Shown here in pieces: positions 21,004-31,408 of a stretch of 64,000 nucleotides of DNA (position 1 is the stretch's first letter; each line of letters opens with the position of its first letter). This DNA is from a plasmid. The stretch is from the sequence record NZ_CP092205.1. The stretch is one strand, 5' to 3'. The notes below the pieces were generated by a model. The model saw only the letters and a program-made list of their open reading frames with translations, was not told the DNA's origin and searched no databases. A program made the translations under genes and the position numbers.

Positions 21004-21393
21004 ATGCCTAGCTTTCTCGGTCCGTTTACCAATGAGGACTTTCCGGAGGACAATCGTTTGAAAAAACTAAACGTTGCTGAAGCCGAAATCGATTTTTCAA
21101 ATGCGGCCGGCACCTTAAATTTAGGGGATATTCTTCAGGTGAATTCTGTGGTAGTTCAAGTCTTTGTTAGAGTCCTTACTCCATTTAACGGATCTCCTTC
21201 TCTCACGGTAGGAGACACGATAACCGCAGACAAATGGTTAGACGCTAATGGAACAGACCTTTCTTTATCCGGTATTTTTTTAGGATTTGCGTTCGAAATT
21301 CTTACTTCCCTTACTCAAGCCCGTGTATATTGGAGTCCAAACGGGTGTAGCGCTGGAAAGTTGCGTGTGTATCTTTTAGTTTCCGATCCGTAA
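21004..21393 (+). CDS. hypothetical protein
   Basis: 129-aa ORF. Confidence 0.3.
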   Translation: MPSFLGPFTNEDFPEDNRLKKLNVAEAEIDFSNAAGTLNLGDILQVNSVVVQVFVRVLTPFNGSPSLTVGDTITADKWLDANGTDLSLSGIFLGFAFEILTSLTQARVYWSPNGCSAGKLRVYLLVSDP

Positions 21394-21670
21394 GTTTTTA
21401 TAAATCGTGAATCTGATCGGTAAAATCCAAAAAAGTACGCGCTTGACAATATTAGGAAAACAAGAATTGTCTTCACATTCAACGAGTGGATGGTTTGAAA
21501 TAAGGTGACTGGACAATTAGTATTTTTAATTACATCCCCATTTTATTCCCAACTCGTATTTATGGACAACAAATTCGAGTATTTACTGGTAATCTTTATA
21601 GACTTATTTTATCTTTCTATTTTGAAAGTAATAGATGATAATGAGTAATTAATATTCCGTATTTTTTTAT

Positions 21671-22570
21671 TTAAGGATGTCTAGATGAGCATATTCTACA
21701 ATTGCACATTTGAGAAGTGAAATGCCTAACTCCAACGACAGAGTTGTTAATTCTATCCGCTCTTTGAAAAATCAAATTAAATAAAGAGTCTTCCGAATTT
21801 TCTAGATATCTTCTTAAAGAATAAGAACATAAGTCGGCAATTTGAATCATACTAGTAAGTTTTGAATCAACGAATAGAGGAGTTTCAATAATCTTAGTAA
21901 TATTCCCCCAAAATGTTCCGTGGTTATGAAAATGACGCATCAAATCCGTATGCCTTTTCTCTACCGTATCGTTATTATCATGAATTAATAATCCGTAACT
22001 TTCAGGCACTTGTCCGGATCTATCCATTATTTCTAAATATTTATGAAATCGATTTACAATTTGCTCAAGAGCATGCTCATCTAAAGGTCTTGCAGAAATA
22101 GTCGGGTTGAAATGAAGTTTATCAATACATTCAGCGAATAATCGGGCATAGCTCCAATTTGCAATTGTTTGCGCTAACTCTGTAATAAAATTAAGACGTT
22201 CTGTATAAGTGAGGTGAATATATGAGGCGGTTTCTCTGAAATTCTTTTTTGTTTGTTTTAATCTTTTTGAATTCTTTTGTCTTTGAAGTTTGTGAATTTC
22301 AGATATCCGAAATCTTTCGACTTCTTGCTTTCTTTGTATGTGGTCTAATGATTCAAAATTTGGAATATTCTGTTGTTCGTAATACGGTCTTAAAATCCAA
22401 CCTGTATGAATTTCGGCACCTTCAAGATTAAATTTTCTTTTTATATTATCAATTTGCTTTTCGCTTATATTCCAGAATTTCACAGGAATAGAAAGACCAG
22501 CTAAAACGTAGTGGCTTGTATTTCCAGGAATGTTTGGAGTCCCAGATTCATCCAGGTAGCAAAGATACAT
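21671..22570 (-). CDS. DUF3800-like protein (YLDESG N-terminus)
   Basis: MYLCYLDESGTP N-terminus characteristic of the DUF3800 family. Opposite strand to flanking phage genes, very AT-rich. Confidence 0.5.
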   Translation of the reverse strand: MYLCYLDESGTPNIPGNTSHYVLAGLSIPVKFWNISEKQIDNIKRKFNLEGAEIHTGWILRPYYEQQNIPNFESLDHIQRKQEVERFRISEIHKLQRQKNSKRLKQTKKNFRETASYIHLTYTERLNFITELAQTIANWSYARLFAECIDKLHFNPTISARPLDEHALEQIVNRFHKYLEIMDRSGQVPESYGLLIHDNNDTVEKRHTDLMRHFHNHGTFWGNITKIIETPLFVDSKLTSMIQIADLCSYSLRRYLENSEDSLFNLIFQRADRINNSVVGVRHFTSQMCNCRICSSRHP

Positions 22571-22580
22571 AAATTTTATG

Positions 22581-22667
22581 AGGACGGCGACTGGCGATGG
22601 GGCTGAAAGCCCCTCGTTGAGACGCTAGGCGACTCATTCCAGACGCTTCTGGAAGGCTATATTAAAT
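22581..22667 (-). promoter_or_regulatory. GC-rich structured 5' leader or small RNA candidate upstream of the DUF3800 gene
   Basis: ~60% GC island in AT-rich DNA. Hairpins GGGGCT-gaa-AGCCCC and CCAGA-cgct-TCTGG; ends 11 nt from the start codon. Confidence 0.3.
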
Positions 22668-22739
22668 AGACTAATTTCACAAGCGATTTTCTAAACTAAA
22701 ATTTAACTTTTTTCAAGTAACAAATTGGTTTTCATATTA

Positions 22740-22825
22740 CTCAATCTCTACATAGTAGAGTGTCCAAAATTTTGCGTCTAAACGCGGGGTTTGTGTCCAA
22801 ATTAACGGTATATAGGGATCAGTAA
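22740..22825. repeat. ~90-bp repeat element, copy A
   Basis: ~85% identical to 33556-33647 (…tctctacatagtagagtgtccaaaattttgcgtctaaacgcggggtttgtg…tagggatcagtaa). Confidence 0.6.
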
Positions 22826-23009
22826 TAACGTTATCATATTTTTTATTATTTATAATTTTTTTTGAAAGGCATAAACAGAAATCTTTCATCTAGCATTCAA
22901 TATTGTAATTTCGAATTCCGGCAACACCCTATCTAAAGAATTTCAAAAATAGGGACACGTATCCATATCTTTCCCTTCCGATTTTTCTTTCGCTAATACA
23001 AGGGTCTCT

Positions 23010-23933
23010 ATGTCAGAGACCCAATTTCTTCACCCGTTCCATATCATGAAAGCCACTCCGGAGGATCGGACTGGCGCAATCAAAATCCTAGTCAAAGCGT
23101 CTTCGGAACGAGAAGATCGGCAAGGAGAAGTTATCCTTAAATCCGCATATGCGGATCTATCGATGCGGTCCGAATTCACTTCTCAAGGATACTTCGATTT
23201 TAACCATTTAACGGACCATATTGATAAAGAAATTCGGGACTTAAAAAAAGAAGGTAAGTTAACCGGATCGGTTCTTGTCGATTTACAAAAATCCAAAGCA
23301 GAAGCAATTATCGGCGCGCCCGAACAAATCGGGTTGAAAGAAGATTTTCCGGCGCACTATGGAATCAAAGACGACGGACTGTATATTCTCGGAAGGCTTT
23401 TTCCCGGAAACAAATTCGCAGAAGAAATTCGAAAAGGATTACAAGCCGGGTTTCAAGGTTGGGGAGCTTCTGTTTCCGGATTTGCGAGACCTCAAGACTA
23501 CCAAGGAAAAACAATTCGCAAAATTCTTCTGCGTAAATGTGCGATTGCTCCACTTCAGGAGGTCATCAATCCCGATACTTCGGTTCAATTGATAAAGGGA
23601 GCAATATTTCTTCGAGATATTGAGAAGAGTATTTTAGAAGGAGTATCAGATCCTACTGATCTTTCAACGAACTTAGAATCCTTCGAACTAGAACGACTTA
23701 GACGAATTGAACGTAAACTCGACTTTTTAACAAAACTATTTCAATCCGATCCAGAAGCGCAGGATCGATTCGTCGAACTCATCATCTCCGATATTTCGGA
23801 TCGTGTTAGAAATCAGGGAATGGAACTTCGGTCCGCCCTGATTCGCTCGGTTCTCCAAACAGAATACAGCATCGAAGGCGAAGATTTAGAAAATCTCACC
23901 GATGCCATATTTCTAAAACTGAGCGGAGAATAA
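23010..23933 (+). CDS. prohead protease-like or head morphogenesis protein
   Basis: DRQGEVILKSAYADL resembles the S78 protease D..GEvi..gAF motif. First gene of a protease-scaffold-capsid-like triplet. Confidence 0.35.
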   Translation: MSETQFLHPFHIMKATPEDRTGAIKILVKASSEREDRQGEVILKSAYADLSMRSEFTSQGYFDFNHLTDHIDKEIRDLKKEGKLTGSVLVDLQKSKAEAIIGAPEQIGLKEDFPAHYGIKDDGLYILGRLFPGNKFAEEIRKGLQAGFQGWGASVSGFARPQDYQGKTIRKILLRKCAIAPLQEVINPDTSVQLIKGAIFLRDIEKSILEGVSDPTDLSTNLESFELERLRRIERKLDFLTKLFQSDPEAQDRFVELIISDISDRVRNQGMELRSALIRSVLQTEYSIEGEDLENLTDAIFLKLSGE

Positions 23934-23936
23934 CCG

Positions 23937-24764
23937 ATGATACAAGACGCGATCAATCGTCTGAAGGAGCGTGTAAAATCAAAACACGTAAAAAAATCAG
24001 ACGATCCTACTAGCGAAGATGCACCTGACTTACAAGCCTTAGCTTCGCAAGTAACAACGTTACTAGATTCTGGAAGTGTAATTCCGGAAACAGATAAGGT
24101 GAAGGAGTGGGCGATTGCTCAAGGAATTTCGGAAGGAGAAGCTGAATCCTTTGCAGATGATGTAATTGATGCGTATTTCGACGACAACGACGGAAACGAA
24201 ATTGCAAAATCCGAACTTGGAGAATCCGAAAAGAAGAGTAAAGAAAACAAAGATGATGAAGAGGAGGGAACCGGATCCGAAAAGTATGATAAGAAAGAGG
24301 AAAAAAACAAGAAGAAGAGAAAAGACGAAGAAGAATCTGAGAAAGAGAAGGAGATCGAAAAAGCTCGTCTTGAATTTATCTCAGAAATTCAAAGCACACT
24401 AGAAATTCTAAAAGCCGGTCAAGAAACTCTCGCGGCTGCGATTGAGCATCTAATGGATACTGCGGAAGATAATTCCCAGCTATCAAAAGAAGTTCAAACT
24501 CTCAAATCCGAAATTGGAGCGCTCACAAATCGTCCAGCCACCGAGAAAGCGCCAGTCACTTCCAAAATACAAAAGTCCAACGATCCCACAAAGGGGGGAG
24601 GACCCATTACAGGAAAGGACCGAGATCAAACCGGAAACCTAATCATCAAGGGAATCGAAGCCGGTCGCTGCCAAATGGAAGATATCGCGTATTTCGAGTC
24701 CACCTGGAAACTTTCCGACCGAGCACAAGCATTTATAAACGATTATAAAGAGGTTCAAAAATAA
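23937..24764 (+). CDS. scaffolding-like protein
   Basis: Highly charged K/E-rich coiled-coil-like region (KKEEKNKKKRKDEEESEKEKEIEKARLEF) immediately before the capsid candidate. Confidence 0.4.
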   Translation: MIQDAINRLKERVKSKHVKKSDDPTSEDAPDLQALASQVTTLLDSGSVIPETDKVKEWAIAQGISEGEAESFADDVIDAYFDDNDGNEIAKSELGESEKKSKENKDDEEEGTGSEKYDKKEEKNKKKRKDEEESEKEKEIEKARLEFISEIQSTLEILKAGQETLAAAIEHLMDTAEDNSQLSKEVQTLKSEIGALTNRPATEKAPVTSKIQKSNDPTKGGGPITGKDRDQTGNLIIKGIEAGRCQMEDIAYFESTWKLSDRAQAFINDYKEVQK

Positions 24765-24765
24765 T

Positions 24766-26217
24766 ATGACCGGCCCTCACACACTCGATCAACTAATCGA
24801 GATTAAAAAAGCGTTCGAAGCGAACACTGCCTTAAACGGCGCGACTCCTTTCGTAGACATCAACTCTTCGGGTGCAGTTTTATCCATGCAGTCGCTTGAC
24901 AAAGTCTTCGTGGCTACCGTTTCAACGGACAAAGATTTTAAGTTTTTAAAAGAAGTTCCGAGAAGAACCACAAATCAGGTTATCGCGGAATACAACCGGA
25001 ATCGTTCTCATGGCGGTGGTTGGTACAATTCTTCCTATATCGGACAGTCCGATGAACCTTCCTTCAGAGATCCACAACTCGATCGATTGTATAACGAAAT
25101 CAATTATATTGCGGAAGGATATTCTTTTAACAAAGTAGTCGATACCGTAAATAACTCACAAGATCCGGAACTTACTCAATCGAACGCCGCACTTAGGCGC
25201 GGTATGGAAAACCAAATGAGAAAAATTTGGTTTGGAAAGAAAGACTTAAATAAGCTAGAACAAGACGGATTCGAAACACAAGTAAAGTCATTAGGCAAGA
25301 ATTTCTACACCGATTGTCGAGGTGCGTTACCCGCCGTCGATGAAATGAAATACTATAGCTCTCAAGTCAGAACAAAACAATTCGGTCAGGTGAACTATGC
25401 TAAAATGCACCCCGCGACAAAAGCTCTCTATGATCAAAATTATGACAGAGTAGGGGGAGCCGTTGTAATCCAGAATAACAACCAATCTCCGGGGAACACT
25501 TCTCTTAGTAATATCGTTCACGGTGTAGCGGATTCAAACGCTAAAGATAACATGATCCTTTTTGATGATGATATCTGGCTTGATCGTCATGAATGGAGCG
25601 TCCCCATGAGACGTGACCAAGTTGGGGCTTGGGTTGAAGGAGCTACAAGTGATACGGAAGCTCCCGCAACTCCTTCCTTTACCATTGCATCTTTGGCTTC
25701 GGTTCCCGGATCTCTTTTCACAGGATCGTATGTAGGAACCTACAAATACAGAATCTCTGCGGGCGATTTGAGACATTGGTCGAAAGCTTGTAACGAACAA
25801 AGTATAGCAATTCCAAACGGTGGAGCGGCAGAACTTACAATTACTCCTGGAACGGGTGGAGTACCCGAGACAAGATTTGTGATCTTTCGTGAAACAGGCC
25901 CGAATTCTTCCATCATTCGTTACATGAGAGAGGTAAAGAAAAACACTGCGGGTCCTACAACTATTCTCCAAGATTTAAACGAAGATCTTCCCGGAACCAC
26001 GATTATGGTACTGGGAGATTTTAATTCTAAATCGGCAAGCGACGACACAAGAACTCTAGTATTAACCGAACTTCTGGGATATACGAAGACGCTCTTTCCC
26101 TACGGAGCGGGAGGAGCTTTACGTTCTCGTCTTGGGATCGTTGAAAACTATAGCGTTCTTCAAATCCTTGCGGAAGACAAGTTCCGAGTGTTTACGAACG
26201 TTCCAGTCAGACTCTAA
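24766..26217 (+). CDS. major capsid protein candidate
   Basis: 483 aa directly downstream of the scaffold-like gene with a 1-nt gap; order inference only. Confidence 0.4.
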   Translation: MTGPHTLDQLIEIKKAFEANTALNGATPFVDINSSGAVLSMQSLDKVFVATVSTDKDFKFLKEVPRRTTNQVIAEYNRNRSHGGGWYNSSYIGQSDEPSFRDPQLDRLYNEINYIAEGYSFNKVVDTVNNSQDPELTQSNAALRRGMENQMRKIWFGKKDLNKLEQDGFETQVKSLGKNFYTDCRGALPAVDEMKYYSSQVRTKQFGQVNYAKMHPATKALYDQNYDRVGGAVVIQNNNQSPGNTSLSNIVHGVADSNAKDNMILFDDDIWLDRHEWSVPMRRDQVGAWVEGATSDTEAPATPSFTIASLASVPGSLFTGSYVGTYKYRISAGDLRHWSKACNEQSIAIPNGGAAELTITPGTGGVPETRFVIFRETGPNSSIIRYMREVKKNTAGPTTILQDLNEDLPGTTIMVLGDFNSKSASDDTRTLVLTELLGYTKTLFPYGAGGALRSRLGIVENYSVLQILAEDKFRVFTNVPVRL

Positions 26218-26281
26218 AGTTTCAAGCACACACAACGTTTAGAGAAATTTCAGGAGGGGTAGAATCTTCTACCCCTTTTTT

Positions 26282-27025
26282 ATGAACTACGAGCAACTCT
26301 ATGAACAAGGAAAATTTCCAAGAACCAAGCTCGTTCTAAATCGAATCGCAAAAGCGACACAAGAAGCCTGGACGAACAATACACTCGCCGCAAAACCTAG
26401 CTGGTGGGGAAAAATGGCAATGTCCAACCGTCCGGGAGGAGGGGGAGGAATTTTAATTCGGAAAATTCCGGGAGGTTTTCAAGTATATCACCCGAATAAG
26501 GGAAAGTATAACTATATGGCAGTCATTGAGCGAGGTAGGGGACGTTACGATATGCGACCTTCTCTCTTGGGTGGAAGCCGCGCAAGGATGGGTGCAAACG
26601 GTCCTTATGTAATTGTCCCAATCACTAAAAATGAAAACGGAACTCCCGTAAGTCCAAAAAACAATTCAATCAATTCTGTGATTATCAAAACCGGAAGTTT
26701 CAAAGAAGAAAACGCTCATGGACAAATGGTCACTCGAAATCGGTACAAATACAGACAAGATCCAGGAATGACCGGTCAAGGAAACGTATTTGCTAAAGAA
26801 CAAAAATACAAAAATGGAAAAATTCAAAGATCCTTTGTAAAATTCGTCGTAGTCACAGAAAAAAGCCGTAACTTCTTTCAACCTGCTATTCCCGCTCAGA
26901 AAATTTTAGCCGGAATCAAAGAGGATGTAAAATCGGCTTTAAAATCTAAAACTTTGAAACAAGCAGTCGCATCCGATACCAAAGATTTGATTTTAGATCT
27001 TTTAGCCAAAAAAAAGAACCGATAA
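26282..27025 (+). CDS. hypothetical head-tail joining protein
   Basis: 247 aa between capsid and sheath genes. Confidence 0.3.
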   Translation: MNYEQLYEQGKFPRTKLVLNRIAKATQEAWTNNTLAAKPSWWGKMAMSNRPGGGGGILIRKIPGGFQVYHPNKGKYNYMAVIERGRGRYDMRPSLLGGSRARMGANGPYVIVPITKNENGTPVSPKNNSINSVIIKTGSFKEENAHGQMVTRNRYKYRQDPGMTGQGNVFAKEQKYKNGKIQRSFVKFVVVTEKSRNFFQPAIPAQKILAGIKEDVKSALKSKTLKQAVASDTKDLILDLLAKKKNR

Positions 27026-27051
27026 TCCGTTTCGCTCTATGATCCGAGCTA

Positions 27052-27828
27052 ATGGATACAAGTCTTCGGGAAGAAGAAGCAAGACAACAAGACGGACGGG
27101 ATAAAGGAGCAATTCTAATCACGTATCCGGCCCCTCCGGAAGATACGGTTGTAGAATATTTTCGTAACTCCTTACCACTCACCGGTCTTTCTTTACGAAA
27201 CATAGACGTTCCCATAGTTCACGGACATCCGCTTTACCAAGAAGGAATTTCAACAACCGGACCAAATTCAAAATTTCCAAAAGTAGGAATCGAATGCACA
27301 ACGGATAGAAATACTCAATTTTTAGGATTAAACGAACACCATTTTAAGAATTCTGAATCTTTTATAAAATTTTTAACTGAAATTTCAGAACTTCCGGAAA
27401 GTCAACGTCTTTCCACAAAATCGTTCCTCGATGAATTCAGTCGAAAGAAACACTTCCAACAACTTCAATACACCGTAGAGTCAGAGGTCGTCATTTGCGG
27501 TTTCGCAACCGGTAACGCCGGTCGGAACACAAACAAATGGATCTATGACGCCGCCCTCGCCGTGACCCTGCTCATGGCAAATGACCTTCCGGTTCTATAT
27601 CCCGGGCTTACAGTTTTTCTTCCCGAAGATACAGAACCCAATTTAAGCACAGCCGATTTTTCAGAACCATTCTGGGGATTTGAAATCCGCGTACGACTTG
27701 TACAATCCAAATCCATTTTTCGAACCAAACCCGCATTCCTTTTTCCCGATACTCGCTCCTTCGATGTATTTTTAACCCGAAGTAAAACCCGACTGGAAGG
27801 CAGCTTCGGGTTAGAGGATAAGCCTTGA
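27052..27828 (+). CDS. hypothetical head-tail joining protein
   Basis: 258 aa between capsid and sheath genes. Confidence 0.3.
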   Translation: MDTSLREEEARQQDGRDKGAILITYPAPPEDTVVEYFRNSLPLTGLSLRNIDVPIVHGHPLYQEGISTTGPNSKFPKVGIECTTDRNTQFLGLNEHHFKNSESFIKFLTEISELPESQRLSTKSFLDEFSRKKHFQQLQYTVESEVVICGFATGNAGRNTNKWIYDAALAVTLLMANDLPVLYPGLTVFLPEDTEPNLSTADFSEPFWGFEIRVRLVQSKSIFRTKPAFLFPDTRSFDVFLTRSKTRLEGSFGLEDKP

Positions 27829-28023
27829 TAGACGAAGACGCAAATTTGCAAAAGGGAACAAAAGTTTTAACCAAACCTAAAACGAATCAAACACCCGAAG
27901 AGTTTCTACTCTGTAAAGAAAGAGAACTTGGAAGAACGATTTCTCCCCGCTTTCGAAACTTCTTTTACCGGGAGTTAAAAGCGAAAGGAAACAGTATCGA
28001 AGACGCTTGGAGAATTATCAATC

Positions 28024-29832
28024 ATGGGCTCTAGAGAAGTTGAATTTCTAGGGCGCGGATACATCCAACCGGGTGCGCGTGGAGCCTTTAGAGTTAAAGC
28101 TCAAAGCACCGGAATCTCTCCGGATCTAAATACTCTAATTCTAATCGGACCCGCAGACAACGGGTATGACGCAGGAGACACAAGTCTCGAAACGTCGAAA
28201 CGAGTTTTAGAATTTAGCGGTGCAGATGAAGCAAGGTCCGTCTTTTTCTCCGGTGATTTAGCGGACGCCGTTTCTAATGCGTTCTCTCCTTCCAAAGATT
28301 CTCGATTTGCGGCTGGTCCGCAACTCATCAAAGCTCTGAACATAAATCCGAACGCTTATGCAAGCGCGCCGGTTGTTTCTATCGTTGCGACAATTTCGAA
28401 TACGGTAAAAGCGATCATTCCAGGACCGAGAGGAAATCAAATCCGGTTTCGCGTAACGAGCGGCGGAACGATCATTCAAATCGGGGACAGTGACGGAATT
28501 GGAACTTCTTCACCTTTAGAATCAAACGAATTACAAATTCAATATGTAGGTAACGGACAAAACGCAATTCTCACTTTCGATGGGATTTCACTTCGAGTTA
28601 CACTTTCCGGAACTGCGCCGACCGACGGATCCGTTAACTTAAATGTTCCGATCAAAAACTATCCGACGCTTGGAGAGCTCGTCGGTTATGTTTCCAGTAG
28701 AGTCGGATATCAAATCACTCTTCTTTCACAGCCCGATCGAAAAACTTCTACCTTAGACCATCTTTCTCTTACCGACGCCGTAGATGTGAAATCGGCTCCG
28801 GTCGCGATGAAATCTCTTCTTTTTCAACAAGAAAGTTTTTTTTTAGGGAACGGTCTCGCCCAAGTTGCCGCAACTCAAGAAAGAAAGCCTCTCGCAGACA
28901 TGGCGTCTTTTACTTATCTAAATGGGGGCTCTACGGGTATTGCGACCGCGCAGGACTATATCGATGCGATTGATTATGTTTTCGATACGGAAGTTTCCAA
29001 AGGATTTTACGTCAACGTTTGTACCTCTATCCAATCGGTAGTTCTCTATCTTGCGGATAAACTGACCTATGGAAATTCACCGGACGGTTCGGATGAACGA
29101 TTTGGCGGTGCTGGCTTAGATTTAACGAAGTCAGTCGATGCGAGAATCGAAGACATCAAAGCAACCAATTCCGAATACATGGTCTTGGGTCTTTCTCCAA
29201 TCACTCGTTACGCGGCTGATAAGATCACTTTAAAAACTTATCCGGGTTGGATGCTCGCGGTTTTACATAACGCAATCAAAGCTTCCACAAACGTAAGAGA
29301 AACGGCAACTTACAAAGATCTGAATATCGTAGACGCACCCGAAAAACTTTCCAAGACACAGATCAAAAAAGTTTTAAGAGCTGGCGGACTCATCGTTACA
29401 CGAAAGCCAAATAACGGGGCTTTTAAAATCGAAATGGGTCTGACCTCATATCAAGCCCAAAACCTGATTAAAAATCAAGCGTCCACAGTTTGTACCGCAC
29501 TCGCTCTCGTAAAAGATTTCAGGGAATGGCTCGACGTTACGTTCATCGGCGAAGTCCCAACAGATCCGGATGCGCTCGGAACTAACCTAACGGACGCCGA
29601 CATTCGAACCGCAGTTACACAACGCTTTCGTAATGTATATATTACGCAATACGGCTGGCTTACAAGAAATATCTACACAGGTGAACCCGCATTCGACGAG
29701 AAGTTCGACATTCGTCGTGACGGTGACGCTTTGTATTTCATTTTCCCTGACGGCAAGATCGTAAGCCCGATCAACTACATGTTTTTTCTAGTTAATTTGG
29801 ACGTTGTTCGCGGAGCGAATAACGGAGGTTAA
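28024..29832 (+). CDS. tail sheath protein candidate
   Basis: 602 aa immediately followed by a ~140-aa tube-sized gene; classic sheath-tube pair. Confidence 0.5.
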   Translation: MGSREVEFLGRGYIQPGARGAFRVKAQSTGISPDLNTLILIGPADNGYDAGDTSLETSKRVLEFSGADEARSVFFSGDLADAVSNAFSPSKDSRFAAGPQLIKALNINPNAYASAPVVSIVATISNTVKAIIPGPRGNQIRFRVTSGGTIIQIGDSDGIGTSSPLESNELQIQYVGNGQNAILTFDGISLRVTLSGTAPTDGSVNLNVPIKNYPTLGELVGYVSSRVGYQITLLSQPDRKTSTLDHLSLTDAVDVKSAPVAMKSLLFQQESFFLGNGLAQVAATQERKPLADMASFTYLNGGSTGIATAQDYIDAIDYVFDTEVSKGFYVNVCTSIQSVVLYLADKLTYGNSPDGSDERFGGAGLDLTKSVDARIEDIKATNSEYMVLGLSPITRYAADKITLKTYPGWMLAVLHNAIKASTNVRETATYKDLNIVDAPEKLSKTQIKKVLRAGGLIVTRKPNNGAFKIEMGLTSYQAQNLIKNQASTVCTALALVKDFREWLDVTFIGEVPTDPDALGTNLTDADIRTAVTQRFRNVYITQYGWLTRNIYTGEPAFDEKFDIRRDGDALYFIFPDGKIVSPINYMFFLVNLDVVRGANNGG

Positions 29833-29834
29833 GA

Positions 29835-30266
29835 ATGGCTAAGAGCGTACGACCTAATCCGGCTGTACTCACCGGTAATGACGCAATCGTTAAAATCAAC
29901 GGACAAGCCGTTGGATTTATGAAATCGTTACGAGTAAACGTCAATAATAACGTTGAAAGAATTCAAGCACTTGGATATAGAAAACCACGAGGTTTAAAAT
30001 CTCTCGCGTGGCAAGGAACCGCTTCGGGTGAGTTTCATATACTCAGAACTCCCGTTGAAGGAGTTGTCGTAATTGATACGCATAATGATGAGCACGCGGA
30101 TGATCTCTATGACATTTTAGTTATCGACAAAACTTCCGGAAAACGCGTTGGACTACTCACGGGAGCGGTAAATACAGACGGTTTTGGGTTAAACAATAAT
30201 GAGTTCTCCGGAAGAGAAGTCGAATTTGAGCTTATGGATTGGGAACCGATGGAAGCATTCAACTAA
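29835..30266 (+). CDS. tail tube protein candidate
   Basis: 143 aa, 2 nt after the sheath gene. Confidence 0.5.
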   Translation: MAKSVRPNPAVLTGNDAIVKINGQAVGFMKSLRVNVNNNVERIQALGYRKPRGLKSLAWQGTASGEFHILRTPVEGVVVIDTHNDEHADDLYDILVIDKTSGKRVGLLTGAVNTDGFGLNNNEFSGREVEFELMDWEPMEAFN

Positions 30267-30530
30267 TCGAATTTGAAATGGTCCCAATAGCTTGAATTCT
30301 TTAAGAATATCGAATTTAGAATCTATCGAAAATTTCTGAATTTTAAACATATTCAATAGATTTACCGATGGATTGGGTTGTTTTAAAGGGACCAAGTAGT
30401 AGGCAATTTATTAGTTGGCAAAAAAGAAGAACAGGTTGATCTTTGGAAGTAGACAGTAACTATGAAGCAAAGGTTTTTAGTAGTTACGCGCTGGATCTAA
30501 GGCAAATTCCTAAAAACTTTTAGGTTCCTT

Positions 30531-30761
30531 TTGCTTTTACCAGCTTGGTCCGACTCTAATAATAAAGAGCAAAAAATGGCAGCGACTCCAATTCAAAAAA
30601 TTCCAACGCTTACAGGCGAAAAAGCAAAACGTTTTATTGAAAGAGCAGACTCTTCGGAACGTCCGGCTCTATCTATTTCTGAGCAACAAAGAAAAATGTA
30701 CGCCGCTCTCTCAGAAAAAAATCAACAAAATTCACTTTTTATAGAGGTTCCCTCCTTTTAA
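30531..30761 (+). CDS. small hypothetical protein (likely starts at internal MAATP…)
   Basis: 76-aa ORF in the AT-rich island between tube and chaperone genes. Confidence 0.3.
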   Translation: MLLPAWSDSNNKEQKMAATPIQKIPTLTGEKAKRFIERADSSERPALSISEQQRKMYAALSEKNQQNSLFIEVPSF

Positions 30762-30790
30762 TTTCTTATTTTGAAAGAAAGAAAATAGAA

Positions 30791-31318
30791 ATGATAAGAA
30801 TGTCGCACACTTTAAATAGAATTTGTTTCTCTTCACTCTTGTTTTTAATTTCTCTATTTTTATTCAATCAATGTAGTTGGATTAATGCTATTGGAATTTT
30901 AAACAATACCGATGAAGTCGTTACACTTTCCGTGACCTTTCAAAAAAAGTTAACAACAAAAGAATTTTATCGCAAAATCTCACATTCCTCTAACGAATAT
31001 ATAGAGAACTCGAATTTTTTTAGAGTTCCTGCAAACAAATATTTTAGCCCCGATCGATTCTCTACAGAAAAGGGAATCAAAATTCCTATTCAAGAAATCT
31101 TGTATGACTCCGAAAAAGGAGAATTTCGTTTTGAATTAAAACCTAAATTCGCATATTTTTTTGACTTCGCAATAAATGACAGTAATATTATGGATGCTCT
31201 TTTTTCTAAAATTGAAATCTCTAGTAAAGATAAACGAACTACAATTCAAAGTGATAAATTCATTTCATTTTTTCCAAAAAACGACAACTGCAATTGTTTT
31301 CTTTTGATCTACAAATGA
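30791..31318 (+). CDS. putative lipoprotein
   Basis: Signal peptide with FNQC lipobox-like motif; AT-rich codon usage. Confidence 0.35.
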   Translation: MIRMSHTLNRICFSSLLFLISLFLFNQCSWINAIGILNNTDEVVTLSVTFQKKLTTKEFYRKISHSSNEYIENSNFFRVPANKYFSPDRFSTEKGIKIPIQEILYDSEKGEFRFELKPKFAYFFDFAINDSNIMDALFSKIEISSKDKRTTIQSDKFISFFPKNDNCNCFLLIYK

Positions 31319-31408
31319 ATTCTTATGAATCTGAGCAAACGAAGGAAATATTAAACTTTCCTTTTGTACAAGTTTAAAGTCCGAAAACTTTTTTATGGAA
31401 GCATTCAA

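Noticed and set aside
22571-22667. Possible tRNA/tmRNA in the GC-rich island upstream of the DUF3800 gene
   Set aside because: No cloverleaf, no T-loop GTTCRANYC-like motif, wrong length; kept only as a structured leader candidate.
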